A stretch of DNA of 63,798 nt, filler included, from Octopus bimaculoides (Eukaryota): NCBI RefSeq assembly GCF_001194135.2. It is 5 parts of 5 records of this genome, joined end to end, with 100 filler letters (N's around TTAATTAATTAA, not from the genome) between each part and the next. Parts side by side here need not be neighbours in the genome. Positions count along the whole stretch, not along the records: positions 31,079 to 59,707 come from NC_068982.1; 4 more parts are not named here. One strand, 5' to 3'. This document shows positions 34,810 to 47,720 of this stretch, in pieces (positions within the stretch are counted from its first letter, which is position 1; each line of letters starts with the position of its first letter). Below the pieces are notes generated by a model. That model was not told the DNA's origin. It did no database searches and saw only the letters and a list, made by a program, of their open reading frames with translations. The position numbers and the translations under genes are program-made.

Positions 34810-36240
34810 ATCATCATCATCATCATCATTTAACGTCCGCTTTCCATGCTAGCATGGGTTGGACGATTTGACTGAGGACTGGCGAACCAGATGGCTGCAC
34901 CAAGCTCCAATCTGATCTGACAGAGTTTCTACAGCTGGATGCCCTTCCTAACGCCAACCACTCCGAGAGTGTAGTGGGTGCTTTTATGTGCCACCGGCAT
35001 GAGGGCCAGTCTGGCGGTACTGGCAATGGCCATGCTCAAATGGTGTTTTTTACGTGCTACCTGCACAGGAGTCAGTCCAAAGGCACTGGCAACGACCTTG
35101 CTCATATGTTTTTTCACGTGCCAGTAAGGCGACATTGGTAATGATCACGCTCAAATGGTGCTTTTTACGTGCCACCGGCACGGAAGCCAGACATCTGCTC
35201 TGGCAGTGATCCCGCTCGGATGGTGCTGTTAGCGTTCCACTGGCATGGGTGCCAGTCATCGAATTTGGTTCGATTTCAATTTCACTTGCTCCGACAGGTC
35301 TTTGCAAGCAGAGTTTAGTGTCCAATGAAAGAAGGTTGGCATGGGTGCCAGTCGTCGAATTTGGTTCGATTTTGACTTCATTTACCTCAGCAGGTCTTCG
35401 CAAGCAGAGTTTTGTGTCCAAAGAAGGAAAGGCACGCATAAGTGGGCTGGCTACACCCCTGGTAAAGGCCATGGGTTATGGTCTCACTTGGCTTGCCGGA
35501 TCTTCTCACAAACAGCATATTTCCAAAGGTCTTGGTCACTAGTCATTGACTCAGTGAGGCCTAATGTTCGAAAGTCGTGCTTCACCACCTCATCCCAGGT
35601 CTTCCTGGGTCTACCTCTTCCACAGGTTCCCTCAACTGCTAGGGTGTGGCACTTTTTCACACAGCTATCCTCATCCATTCTCACCACATGACCATATCAA
35701 TGCAATCGTCTCTCTTGCACACCACAACTGATGCTTCTTAGGTCCAACTTTGCTTTCAAGGTACTTACACTCTGTCGAGTATGCACGCTGACATTACACA
35801 TCCAGCGGAGCATACTGGCTTCATTCCTTGCAAGCTTATGCATGTCCTCAGCACTCATGGCCCATGTTTCACTGCCATGTAGCATGGTTGTTCATACACA
35901 TGCGTCATACAATCTGCCTTATACTCTGAGCGAGAGGCCCTTTGTCACCAGCAGAGGTAAGAGCTCTCTGAACTTTGCCCAGGCTATTCTTATTCTAGCA
36001 GCTACACTTTCAGTGCACCCTCACTTGCAACTGACTTGGTCACCTAGGTAACGGAAGCTATCAACTACTTCTAGTTTTTCTCCCTGGAATGTGGCAGAAG
36101 TTGTTCTCTGCACATTTTCAGTGTTTATTGCTCCTGAGCATCTGCCACATCCAAAAACTATCTTGCTAGATAGCCTTCCTTTGATATTGCTGCACCTCTT
36201 ATGTGTCCATAGCTTACACTGGGTACATCACTTTCCTCGC
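34810..36240 (-). mobile_element. RTE-clade LINE 3' end with complete 3' UTR and (GAT)n tail
   Basis: HGSETWAMSAEDMHKLARNEASMLRWMCNV...RMDEDSCVKKCHTLAVEGTCGRGRPRKTWDEVVKHD. Tail is seen as (CAT)n at about 34808-34828. Confidence 0.92.
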
Positions 36241-37599
36241 CAGTGAGGTTCTAGGAAAGGAAACGAACAATTGAAGGAGAGAAAGAAATGCATGCTTGAG
36301 GAGAAATTTTGCATGTCAGAAGAAAGGATCGTTGAAGTGTATACGGGACAGTTTTCTATTCGGATTAGTTCGAATAGGGGTGTCGCTTTGCGTGCCAAAA
36401 TGTGTGCAGTCAGGGACTAGGCAGTACAGCAAATGAGCGCGTGAGGACGTATACAGGAGTTCAGGTGCACGTTTCAAAATTCACTGAAAAATAAGCTAAG
36501 GTGATTGAGTGTATTCTCAATCCGTGACATGAAAGATCTTCCTGCAGGGTTTCAGTGTGTGAAAAACCTTGAAAGTTTAATTGATACGGAGCCTTGAAAG
36601 TTTTTCAGAAGTAAAATGCGTCTGGTACTGTTGTCGTGGGTAATTGCTGAGGTTAGCAAAGATGACAGTGTAAGCATGCTGGAATGATGCGCGAGACTGA
36701 TAATTTTTTCTATTAATTTCTTGAACAAACAGGGGTCTAACAGGGAGAAATTATGTCTAAACATGAGTGCAGAGCATGTGACCGTTCGACGTGCTTTGAG
36801 TCGGGAAAAGAATTGAGCTGACACAGACGTGTTGCAAAACAAGGCGGTAGATGCATAATAGAGGTGCATGTGCATGAGTGCAAAAGGTCTTGCAAGGCTG
36901 AGGCGGAAATGCTAGTGCATTGATCACAAATACAATGTATAGTATTGAATATGCCAGCCGGTGCATGAAGTATTAAATGCCTCGACCGTGCAGGAACAAA
37001 AGTGTGGCATGCTGGCGAGTTGTAAGGGACAACCAGCTTTCTCTATGTATGCGTGACCAACCTAGGGTCTTACAGAGATGAGTTGTGTCTACAAGGGCGC
37101 AGGGAGCATGAAAAACAAGCGAGAAAGGCATGGTGTGGTGCATGAATGTGACAGAGTTAACATGTGTGTGTGTATGAATGTGTGCAGATGCGTGCACAAG
37201 GCCAGGCACTGAGGAAAGGTGTATGCGTGCGTATATGTAACAATACATATTCAAAGTGAACGAGAAAAAATGTGTATATGCAAAATGCATTGTGCGACAA
37301 TGCGACTGAAAGAAAGTGGAAGTGCAAAATATGAATAAAATTGAGAAGGCATGCAAACAAAAATTCAGGTTATGAATAAATGTTCAGGTGATGAGTAAAT
37401 GTTCAGTTCATGAATAAATGTTCAGTTCATTTGAGTCTGATAGAATGCAAGCAGGATCAATTTTAATTTGATATGACAAACAGAAAATTGAATTAATGCA
37501 ATGTAAGAGTTACAGGGTATGGTTCTTGTGAAGTTCAGTGGAAAGAAAAATATAAATAAATAAGTTTCGTAGCTGTTCGTGTAGAAATTAAGGCATTGG

Positions 37600-38660
37600 T
37601 GCCTGTAAATCAATCACCTGGAATTTTTTTGAAATCGAAAACTTGTATGTATTTCGCCGGACAGTGGACTCTTCGCCCGCTTCTTGTTCGTGTTTGCTGT
37701 GTCCAGTTAGTTTCTGGGCATGTAGCTGTCGAAATGATGCATTTATTGATTTGCAAGGTCGGCAAATTCCTTGTGCGTCGGCTGTGTTGCATTTTTGTGA
37801 ATAGCATCGTAGTATAGAGCTTTCTGTAGCAGGTCGAAGGAGGGTGTATCTTGGTGATGACGAAAGTTGTCATTCTTTTCCTTTGGTTTAGCGACTGTTG
37901 ATATGAAGACTAGTTCTTTCGTTCGAAGTCAGCAAAATGTAGCATCGCAAGGTAGCAATTTTCTTTACACGGGGTCACCAATTTGCTGGTAATGAAACTT
38001 CAGAAGGCAGCAATTCTTTCGCTCGGGGTCACCACACCAGTTGTAACAATGAAAGATGAACAATGCATGAAGTTTTAAGGAAATATTTATTTACCGTTAC
38101 ATTGAATATAATACCTTGCCTCGACGAGCAAGTGATGAAATTGTAAAGCATGCGAAGATGTCGTATATTTTTCTTGTATAGTTTGTGTATACATTATTTT
38201 AGCAATAATCCACAGAAAGAGATAGAGTGATGTTGTAAGCTAGTGAGAGTGAGAGAGTGTGGGACGAAACAATTGCTTCGTTGGAGAGACACCATTGTTG
38301 TTCTAGCCGGTCAGCTAGACTCCGTTCTCACTAACTGAGTTGTCACCAAAGTGACTAACTGATTTTTGCTTGGGGTTCTAGCTTTTATAACTATCCAGAA
38401 GGATAGACATATCGTTGAGAACAATAGATTTAGTTGGTGGTTTTGTTAATCTTAATTCTAGCTTTTGATGGCCTAGGAGGGGTTAGAAAGGTCAAGTGAT
38501 GAAGACATTATTTCGGCCTAGCTAAGGCATCTGGCAAATGTAAAACTGCTGTCACAGAAAAACTATTGTTCTATCGTGAGAAAAGCACTGTTGAAGTGTT
38601 AATTTAAATTTGGCTATGGTGGATCGAATCCACTTCATGCTTGCAAGATCCACTGCATAT
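37600..38660 (-). mobile_element. Deleted Gypsy (CsRn1-like) element: putative 5' LTR, two tRNA-Trp PBS and a short internal remnant
   Basis: TGGTGACCCCG on the - strand at 38034-38024 and 37980-37970, a TRTRSGRRVHCPAKY Gypsy-pol C-terminal-type motif near 37660-37700, and an LTR-like start TGCAGTGG near 38659. LTR limits are uncertain. Confidence 0.55.
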
Positions 38661-39790
38661 ATATAAACTTACTTGGAAATAGATGTGTGTCGTTCAATTA
38701 AATAATAATATAAATAATATATATGTATATATGTAATATATATATACATACATATATATATATATACATATATATATACGTATATAGCTATACACGCACA
38801 CATATATACAAACATACCTATATATATACACACACACACACACATATAAGTCTATATATATATACACTCATGTATGTATATATGTATGTAGGTAGGTATA
38901 TATGTGTGTATATGTATATATACACACACATGTATAAATATATATGCATACATACATATATACTCATAACTACGTATGTGTGTGTGTGTGCTTGTATATA
39001 TTTTGAAAATTAAACAAAAAAAAAATAATAAAATAATGGCATTTGTTTCACATTGCGTAATAAATTAATGATAAAAAACATTTGTTCTGAAATTTAATAG
39101 TTTTTGAGATACCAGAGAGAGAGCACAAGGCAAGCGATATATCAAACAAAACAAATTGAATGAAAACTGTGACAGCCAGTCTTTTGGTGGTCAGATGTGT
39201 TGATGAAAAGAATGAACTTAACTGTACTGCTCTCTTTGGTATCTCAGAAACTATTTATATCAAGAGAACCAAACATTATGGTCAATGATTTATTATGCAA
39301 AATATATATCGAAAAAGCATTTTTTATATTTTTTGTTTTTAGTTTTAAATTATATTATGGTATGAAGGAGGGGAGAAGCACATGTCTAACGTATTTTTCA
39401 TTATAGGGAAATATTCTGTGAAGCATGTAGAACCGTTTCCTACTGTTAGATTTCTACTTCTCATATTTTATCTCTCAGAATCCTATTTTGTACATGGTCA
39501 TTTCAATAGTATCCATTCTGTTTGTTATATAATTCAAAAATTATATCGACATCACCGTTCACCATCTAAAAAGCACTCCTTTATAACATATGTGCGTGTG
39601 CACATGTATAATAAGATATAAGTTGGGAAGGTATTTGAGTAACTAAGAAATAAACATCATCAACACAAAACGTGTCCTTTAATCTAAAGTGAAGTGTGGA
39701 ATTTATGGCATTACATTTATTCCATGGATTACAATTGTTTCAAAAACTTGCAGGTGACCAGTCACATATCATGTCTATAGATGAATAGGT

Positions 39791-41375
39791 TGTGGAGCCA
39801 TCTAATGTAACTCTACTCAGAAGGCTGTAATCTCATTTGACAGGAAACCCAGTAAAGAATATATATGAAAAAGGCTGTGACTTTAAATGAAAATGGTTTG
39901 ATGCGTGGAAGCCATGGTCTTCTGTGCGTTACCTCCTATCTGCTAGCTGGCGTGTTGTGTGAGAGAGAGAGACTATATCACATCTTTACTGTCTGACGTC
40001 CTGGCGAGAAAAGAGAAAGATATGAGTCTCTGAACTTTAATGTTGCGTAATACCCTCTATTGTCCAACTAATTAGGTAGCCCCTGTCAGGGGAGGTAACT
40101 GCGCCTACAGAGGCACCCCACCCCTTAGACTGGAAGTGGTCGATTAAAAGTAGTGTAGGCGGAGTGTGCACTAGGAGGGCACAGAAGAATGAACCATGGC
40201 AAAACAGTTGTATGAACAATTGAAATTGAAAAAAATATATAATGCAAGTATGTACAAGGAAACGTTCAGCAAAGAAAGGTGTCCAATCAAATAGAACAAA
40301 GCATATATGTACAATGATACAGAAAGAGAGAAAATGTGAATGCGGTGTCTATAACGACATAAGTCTATTTTCCGGAACAGTCACTGACGAGGTAAAGTTA
40401 AGAAATGTAAATAATCTGAGATAATTTCTTCGGCCAATGAAACGATCTGCCAGAACGTGTTCTGTAAGGTGAAGAATGCGTTTGTGTAGTTGGTGCTTGT
40501 AGGGGTGGGGGTGGCAGTGTTTGTGGAAAGATGAGTGTGTCAGCAAATGGCATAAATGTTTCGGAAGGGTTTTTTTTTACTCTGTCGATAGAGACAGTCT
40601 CTTTTTTTTTCCATGAATGTCCACAGTGAACAATTTCGGTGTGCTCCTAAGAATGCGATAGGGTCCAGTGTAGGGAGGTGTGAGCAGTCCCTTGACGGAA
40701 TCATTTCTTACAAACACGTGAGTCCAGGTAGAAATAACCGGAGGTACTGTAGAAGAAATAGACTGGCCACGAGGAAGCATCAGTGGTAGGTCAGCAAAGA
40801 ATGACCTGAGTTGCGTGACGTAAGATGTGGGAGTCTACGTTCAGTAAGCTGATGGGCGCCAACATTTGTCCAGGAAGTGCTAAGGTGGTGCCATACAGGA
40901 GCTCAGCGGAGGAGTAACCTAAATCCTCCTTGACAGCTGACTGGCACCCTAGCAGAACAGTGGGGAGAAACTCGGACCAACGATGAGGGTCAGGAGCCAT
41001 GCCAATAGCAGCTCTGAGCTGTCGGTGGAATCTTTCCATCATTCCGTTTGCGGTGGGATGGTAACTTGTGGTGAGGATGTGTTGAACTCCGAGCAATCTC
41101 GAAAGACAAGCTTCAAATTGGCGTCCACGATCAATAGCAATTCTAGAAGGTTTTCCGAAGCGAGATATCCACCCAGAGATGAGTGCTCTGGCGACTGCTT
41201 CAGCGGAAATGTCCACGAGAGGGATGGCTTCAGGCCATCTGGAGAAACGGTCGATGCAGGTCAATATATAAGTAAATCTGCAAATGACAGGCCAAGGACC
41301 AACCAGGTCGATGTGTATGTGACAAAACCTGGTGTCCGGTGGCTGGAAGTGTCCAAGAGGTAAGCATAATAGCAA
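39791..41375 (-). mobile_element. Gypsy (CsRn1-like) integrase region with PPT and probable 3' LTR
   Basis: HIHIDLVGP...LTCIDRFSRWPEAIP...IAIDRGRQFE...TTSYHPTANGMMERFHRQL, then PPYTGPYRIL (GPY/F). G-rich PPT near 40115-40125 followed by TGTAGG...(39791)CCACA. Confidence 0.9.
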
Positions 41376-41421
41376 CAGTAGTCATTTCATCATAACCAAT
41401 TGGAGAAATGTAATAATAATG

Positions 41422-41458
<37 letters not shown>

Positions 41459-41622
41459 TATATATATATATACACACACGTATANNNNNNNNNNNNNNNN
41501 NNNNNNNNNNNNNNNNNNNNNNNNNNNNNNNNNNNNNNNNNNNNNNNNNNNNNNNNNNNNNNNNNNNNNNNNNNNNNNNNNNNNNNNNNNNNNNNNNNNN
41601 NNNNNNNNNNNNNNNNNNNNNN

Positions 41623-41668
<46 letters not shown>

Positions 41669-42409
41669 TAACAGTTTGACTCAGCTCAATATGTCTTAAA
41701 GTTTGGTAGGTGCATAGGACGAATCTAATCATAGAACACATCTGTGGAAACTACATTTCATTTTCCTGGCTGAGATTCGAAACTGAATCTTAGAATTCTC
41801 GCTTGCCAGATCCACCCGCTATTTGCTGACCAAGCAGGAAAATCTCTGTCCTGTCAAAGTGATTGATGAGTTTCCACTCGACCTCCAATCATGGAAAGTT
41901 CAAATGGACAGCAAGTGACCTAAATGAACACAAGCTACTCTTATAATGGTATATCCATCCATCTAGCTAGAATGGGCCATTATAAATATCAGTTCCACAG
42001 ACAGACACGATCAGTCAGTAGAATGCGTTGAGGGAGACCATAGAGACAGCTACAGACCTAACTGAGCAACGAGGTAGAGAGACAACACAGCAGAAGTGTT
42101 GGGTGAATGTACACACAAACACAAAGCATGTCTTTGTACTGTCTTGTCCCATCAACATTCTCTTTCTTCCGTTTTACTTCGCACAATTGTGCGTGTACAC
42201 AACTTTCGTATTGGTTGGTCCAGGAGTGTCCGCCGAGGTCGACTTTGCCTTTCTGTAGCGGCATATTTGTTCATATTTCAAATCAAACTTTCAGTATCCA
42301 ACAAGTGAATGCAGCTACGACGAAATAAATAGCATAAACTACATTCCTATTCTTCTTCATTTTTTTTCATCGATACCGGTCCAACACGCTTAATATCATC
42401 TGTTACACC

Positions 42410-43374
42410 TGTAGTGAAACCATCTCCCACTGTTATAAATATAAACAAATACGAACGTAGTAGAAAGCAACGCGTTCCCTGTCATCACCTGACTGACTAT
42501 TCTTTGCGCGGGTAATTTATCTCCATTTGCCCCCAGGACGCAAACTGACTAACCATAAGGTCACGTGATAGTGTTTTTCTAATGCTTCTCTGGAGCCTAC
42601 CTTCAGCTATAACTAGCCTGCTAGATACCCGGCAAATTTGTCGCGCCCCAGATCTCCTAGATCTGGCCGCTGGCCACACACGCGTAACACAACACCAACC
42701 AACCAGCCAGTTTCCAGCGACGACATCGACACCATCGTCCAACTATGACTACCAGCATCGCCGCCAGCGTCAACATGACTTTCTACACGTACACAAGCTA
42801 CCAACAGCTAACCGCAGCTTTTCAGCCCTGTTTGTGTGAATCGCCTCACCGCGAAATTAACAGACAAGAACCCAGCCTGCGAAGAACATCTGTATTCAAG
42901 AACCCGGCCCGGCATTGAAGCCCTAACATCACAACGAGTGATCGCTCTGCCCTAACGCTTTAACTTCTTATATACAGACACTTACCACTGTGTACTCTAA
43001 CAAAGAACTGGTATAAATTCTTTTACGTGTTACTGACTCTTATCAATACTTGTATCTTTCGCATTCACATGCATGTATTACTCGCACACACTCTTCTCTT
43101 TACATGACGGCCTGTCTTACATTATGTTTTATTATGTCGCATTCACACTCACACACAGACATACGATTTAATGCTCCAATAAATCTCACTGTTATACATC
43201 TTTATCGGTTGAGTCTTTTTTTGTCCTTACTGGCATTTACGAATTCTCTGTTATAGAATTATAACATATTTATCATTTTCTATTTTGTGTTCGACCGTGT
43301 GACGTGTTTAAAAAAGGAGCCTGTTTTTCCATTCGTCACCATTTCTCCTTTTGGTTCGCACGGTTGTTCTTACA
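42410..43374 (+). mobile_element. Solo LTR (about 965 bp) with 4-bp TSD CACC
   Basis: TGTAGTGAAAC...GTTGTTCTTACA with CACC on both sides (42406-42409 and 43375-43378). Confidence 0.88.
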
Positions 43375-44399
43375 CACCTAACAACTTACATTGATCCCTC
43401 AACATCACATTTCGCGACATTTGGTGACCCCGACGGGATTCTACATCCGTTACATTGCATATCATTTTGCTGCATCACACGACCTCGTGAAAACGATTGC
43501 GGCCTTTACCAAACGCCCACTACAATTGGTGACCCCGAGCTAAAAGATCTGCAGCATTTGCTTCAACGGCCATTGCCTCATATGCTTCCCGACATTCTAA
43601 TACACGATTTCCTCTACTTCATCAACTTTATAGCATTTGGAAAATTAAGACATTTTTTCTGCTGTTAAATTTTCCATTTTGTCACTACATTTGGTTACTC
43701 TGACAAAGACTAACTATCTTCACTTCCAGGATCATTGCACCCAAACTAGAGAATTACTGCAATTAGTCGTCACACTACTTACGTCTCTACCGGAACATAA
43801 CCCAGCGGCGAACTAATCTTCTGTCGACTTGGCAGTCCAGGCAGCGATTATGCTGGCTGAGCTAGCAAAGAAAATCGCAGAAGTACTGCATAAATATTCT
43901 ACCTAATCTACTCTGACTCCAGCCGTTCCTTCCACCTATCTTTTCCTTTTGTTGTCCAGTGCCTCGGAAATTTCGGACTTGCGTTCGTTGATGATGCAAC
44001 AGGCATCACAAATACAGCCCCTGACAGCGCAAATACAAGCCCTATCGTTTGGTATCCCCCGTCAAAGTAGCAGCTGGCCACGTCAATTTGGTAGACAATC
44101 ACGAAGCTCAAGTGCCTCCCATTATTCATGAGAAACATGTTGGTACCACCGTGCATTTGGAACACAGACGACATCCCGTTTGGGAAACGAAAGAACCAGA
44201 GATTGAATGTGACGGAAGTTTCTCGCTCTCACCCACAAAGTCGCCTGTTTTTCATCTGTGATCGTGTAACAGGCACATGTTTCATTGTTGACACCGGCAC
44301 GGAAGTCAGCATAATCCCTGTTTCCTGCACTCCAGGCAACAAAAAAGCAACACCAGTCTGTCTTCAGGCAGTCAATCACTTACAGTGAACAAACAGTCC

Positions 44400-45377
44400 T
44401 GTAGAGAACAACCGTGCGAACCAAAGGAGAATGGCGACGAACAGAAACAGGCTCCTTTTAACGCGTCGCATGGTCGACACAAAACATGTAATATCACATA
44501 TGAGTGCTCGCATGTGAGATGTGAGGAAGTGCCAGCAAGGAAAGAGAGAGGCACAACCGTTAGATATATATAAAGAGTAAGTTTTGTTAGGGTAGTCAAC
44601 TGTGTGTCTGTGCGTGCGTGCATGCGGCAATATAAATAACACAATATGTAAGACAAGAGTGTATAAACAAGAGTGTGAGTACAATAATGTGTGTGTGTGT
44701 GTGTGTGAATCAGAAATACATAGCATGGAATAAGAGTCTGTAACATAGACTATAAGAGTCCTGAACACAAAGATAGAGAAATACCAGTTCATAGAAGAGT
44801 TACACAGTAGGTAGAATATCTGTACACAAGAAGTCGTGACCGAATAGCAGAGCTGAGGTGTCACATGTTGTGTGTGAAGTTGAGCTTCAATGCTGCGACC
44901 GGTTATTTGAATACAGAAGATTCTCGCAGGTTGTTCTGGCTGTTATTTTCGAGGTGGAAACAATCCACACAAACAGTGTTGAGAATGAACCGCGGTTGTT
45001 GTTGGTAGCGTGTACTCTGGTGGTGGTGTTGGCGCTGATGACGGAACTGTAGTAGACAGTAGATCGGTGGTGTTAACGTCGTCGCTGGAAACTGGCTGGA
45101 GCTGTGTTCTGTGAGATGGTCAACGACCAGACCTGTAAGAGGTCTGAAATCGAAGACAAACCGGCGTGGATGAAGCAGGGTTTATCACGTGACCTTAACA
45201 GAAGGCCACGATTGGTTGATATTCACCCTGGCGCGAAACAGAACTGGAGACAAATGCCACGCAAATAAGAGCCAATCAGGGTGATTGACACAGCAGGGTC
45301 CAAACGGGCCGAAGGCTAGATGTTAGCCGCTTCGTTATCATTTGTAAATAAATACCCGAGAGAGAGGTTTCACTACA
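44400..45377 (-). mobile_element. Solo LTR (about 978 bp) with 4-bp TSD GTCC, same family as 42410-43374, inverted
   Basis: TG...CA ends, GTCC at 44396-44399 and 45378-45381. Shares ccagccagtttccagcgacgac, aaggtcacgtgata and ttggttcgcacggttgttct with the other LTR. Confidence 0.92.
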
Positions 45378-46369
45378 GTCCCTAACAATGGACTTAGGGC
45401 TACGCTGCACCTTCTAGTGGGTATTCGTCATAGCTAAGCTGCCGATCCCTATTTTAGGAGCCGATTTTCTACATCATTTCGGTCTCCTAGTGGATATCAA
45501 GCATGGATGACTTATTGACAGCACTACTGAGCTCACTGTGTGTGGTATAGCCATTCGGATGGCCGTACTCAACCCAATCATTTTACAGTCAACGGAAGTT
45601 AATTAGTCCGATAATGATTTCCAAAGTTAACTTAAAAGTTAAATCGTTAATGAAAATATTAACTTCGTTAATTAACAATTAACGGTTTGGTTGACACACA
45701 CATATTTAATATTCATACGTATATATTTTTGGATAGCCGTTGACTCTTTTGAGTTCATCTACCTTTTGACTGGTTATGTTTTTCATTCTGCAATGGTGTT
45801 CAAAACCACTCACACAATGCAGGCTTGATGCAATTGCCCATTAAATCGCGGATGACCTGACCATGCAACTAGTTTACATGTTAGGAGTAGCGCTCTCAAA
45901 CAACCAGGCGTAATACGCATGCATTTACACATTCTGCTCTAATGGATAAACCCGACCACCGAAAGGCTCAGTGTAACAATTCGTTCAGTTTGCTTAAAAG
46001 TTCACTTGCTTTATATTCTCTTTGGTATCTCAGAAGCTTTTGAAATTAAGAAGACTAAATGTTTTGATAAATGATCTACAGGACAATGTAAAAAAAAAAA
46101 AATAAAGAAATTGAGGTGGGGAGGGAAAAAAAAGATATTGAGAACATGTTCTTTGGGCGAAATCCTAATCTCCTGTATCGAAAACTAGGAATCGCAAGAA
46201 ATTTAGGAAAAAAATAAAAGACACACTATGCTCATGACTGTTGCCGTCAACCAATGATTTGGAGATGTTCAGTTTCTAAAACGTAACTGGGTCTTCCGTA
46301 TTCAAAGTCAGAAAATATTTAAAGGCCTCTAGCAAAGATGTATCGTATGGAGCTAAAAGAACAGACATC

Positions 46370-47472
46370 GTTAGGACCGACCGAGTGCGCCCAAGTAGGT
46401 CCAGAGCATCTTCAACATTAGAGGAACAACTGGGCCATCATAGCGATGGTATTCACTATGAGAAACTTGGTACACGAAGACATTGTGTCTTAAGTGATTA
46501 AGTGAAAGCAATTCAATGTATAGAATCCTGATTTGAAATGCCTGAACTGCTGCATGTAGGGCGTCGTAGGGAGTGGGGAAGAGTGCCAGCAGCCCTCTGG
46601 TGGGTAAGACCTTGTTGCTCGGAAGAGAATGCATCATTTCACACACAAGAAAAATTGAATAAAACATTCACTGATGTTGCGAATAGCCGTCCATCCAAAA
46701 TGCCGAAAGGACACAGAAATGGAATATCATTCACAAATGTGCTGGATGCAGCACAACTATTGTTTGTAAGGTATGTTCGAAATATAAATTTTGTACATGT
46801 GAGCGGAAAAGACATTGTTTACCATATCACTTTGAAGCTGGGTCAAAAAAATGTTGCGACTTCAGATTGACATGAAATTACGTTTGCTTCGTACTGTGAC
46901 ACATATTTGGTTGATAAGTAACAGTTACTGATACACTAACAGGTACCATTTGTGAGCATAAAAAATTTAGGGAAGCTTCAATTTACGTGTGCCTTTCGAT
47001 ATAATTCTCTTAGGAGAGAATCGCTAAGTATTTGAGTTCCCTGCCGGCTGAAATATTTCCAGGTAGCGAGATTGTACAAAAGCACAATCCTGCAAAAATG
47101 AAACTCACCTGCGTGCTGAATGGTGTCGTAACCTCCACTTCACTTTACCTTCACGCTTTTAAAATTGTCTTTTTTCATTACAATAAAACTGGAAGACAAA
47201 GAATTATGTGATAAGTATTATAACAAGAGTTTATCAGCGTAACAAGATGTAGAGTTACCAATTTAGTATGTAGTTAAAGATACAACTGTTGTACATAAAT
47301 GTGTTGAAATAAAGTTAGATCAGAAGGCATTTTTTTGGTTAACGTAATCCACAAATTTATTTAAGGAGTGGATAACAGCTCTCAAACGAAACAAAGATTA
47401 TTACAATTTCTACATTAGTGTGCGAATAGAGATGGTAATCTGATGGAATGATGCTGGCAGAAAAGGGTTAAC
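46370..47472 (+). mobile_element. Possible piggyBac-like remnant
   Basis: One frame gives HKCAGCSTTIVCKVCSKYKFCTCERKRHCLPYHF (Cys-rich C-terminal-like), and AAAAGGG-TTAA at 47461-47471 resembles a piggyBac right end. Highly decayed. Confidence 0.3.
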
Positions 47473-47635
47473 ACACTAATAATCAGTAAAAATCCATGCG
47501 TTGTGTAATTGGTGATTAGTGTGTATGGCACGGCTAATAACGAGAGATAAGGCAATGAGTTGCTCTGTGTATACAAGAGAAATATCTGCATGTTGCTACA
47601 CGTGACTAACGATCACTAAAGTAGCTTGATAAAAA
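47442..47635 (+). repeat. Direct repeat, copy 1 (copy 2 at 49331-49490)
   Basis: gatggaatgatgctggcagaaaagg...ggctaataacgagagataaggcaatgagttgctctgtgta.acaagagaaatatc.gcatgt.gctacacgtga.taacgatcact occurs twice. Confidence 0.9.
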
Positions 47636-47639
47636 CACG

Positions 47640-47720
47640 TTATCGTGACGGCGTCAAAGCAGCAACTAACTTCGCTCTCTTAAATTTCGCGCCAATCACG
47701 ACTGGGCGGAAGTTGCTATG
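47640..47720. promoter_or_regulatory. Promoter-like motif cluster
   Basis: CpG-rich patch with TGACG (47646), CCAAT (47692-47696) and GGGCGGAAGT (47704-47713; overlapping GC-box and ETS motifs). No downstream gene identified. Confidence 0.3.

Larger units (their letters stand above)
42254..45590 (+). mobile_element. CsRn1-like Gypsy 5' portion (LTR, PBS-Trp, gag, protease), split by two solo LTRs
   Basis: LTR-like TGTAGCG...CGCGACA, PBS TGGTGACCCCGACG at 43422, gag CWYHRAFG knuckle, and protease RLFFICDRVTGTCFIVDTGTEVSIIP, which resumes after 45377 as KQSLTMDLGLRCTF*WVFVIAKLPIPILGADFLHHFGLLVD. Confidence 0.85.

Noticed and set aside
42410-45377. Composite transposon bounded by 1-kb inverted repeats
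   Set aside because: Each repeat has its own TSD and the protease ORF continues outside the right repeat, so they are independent solo LTRs.
39180-46080. Short shared motif LFGISE at about 39230 and 46020, preceded by an EQLSxxxRxV-like sequence
   Set aside because: Probably two tiny hAT transposase relics; too decayed to delimit.
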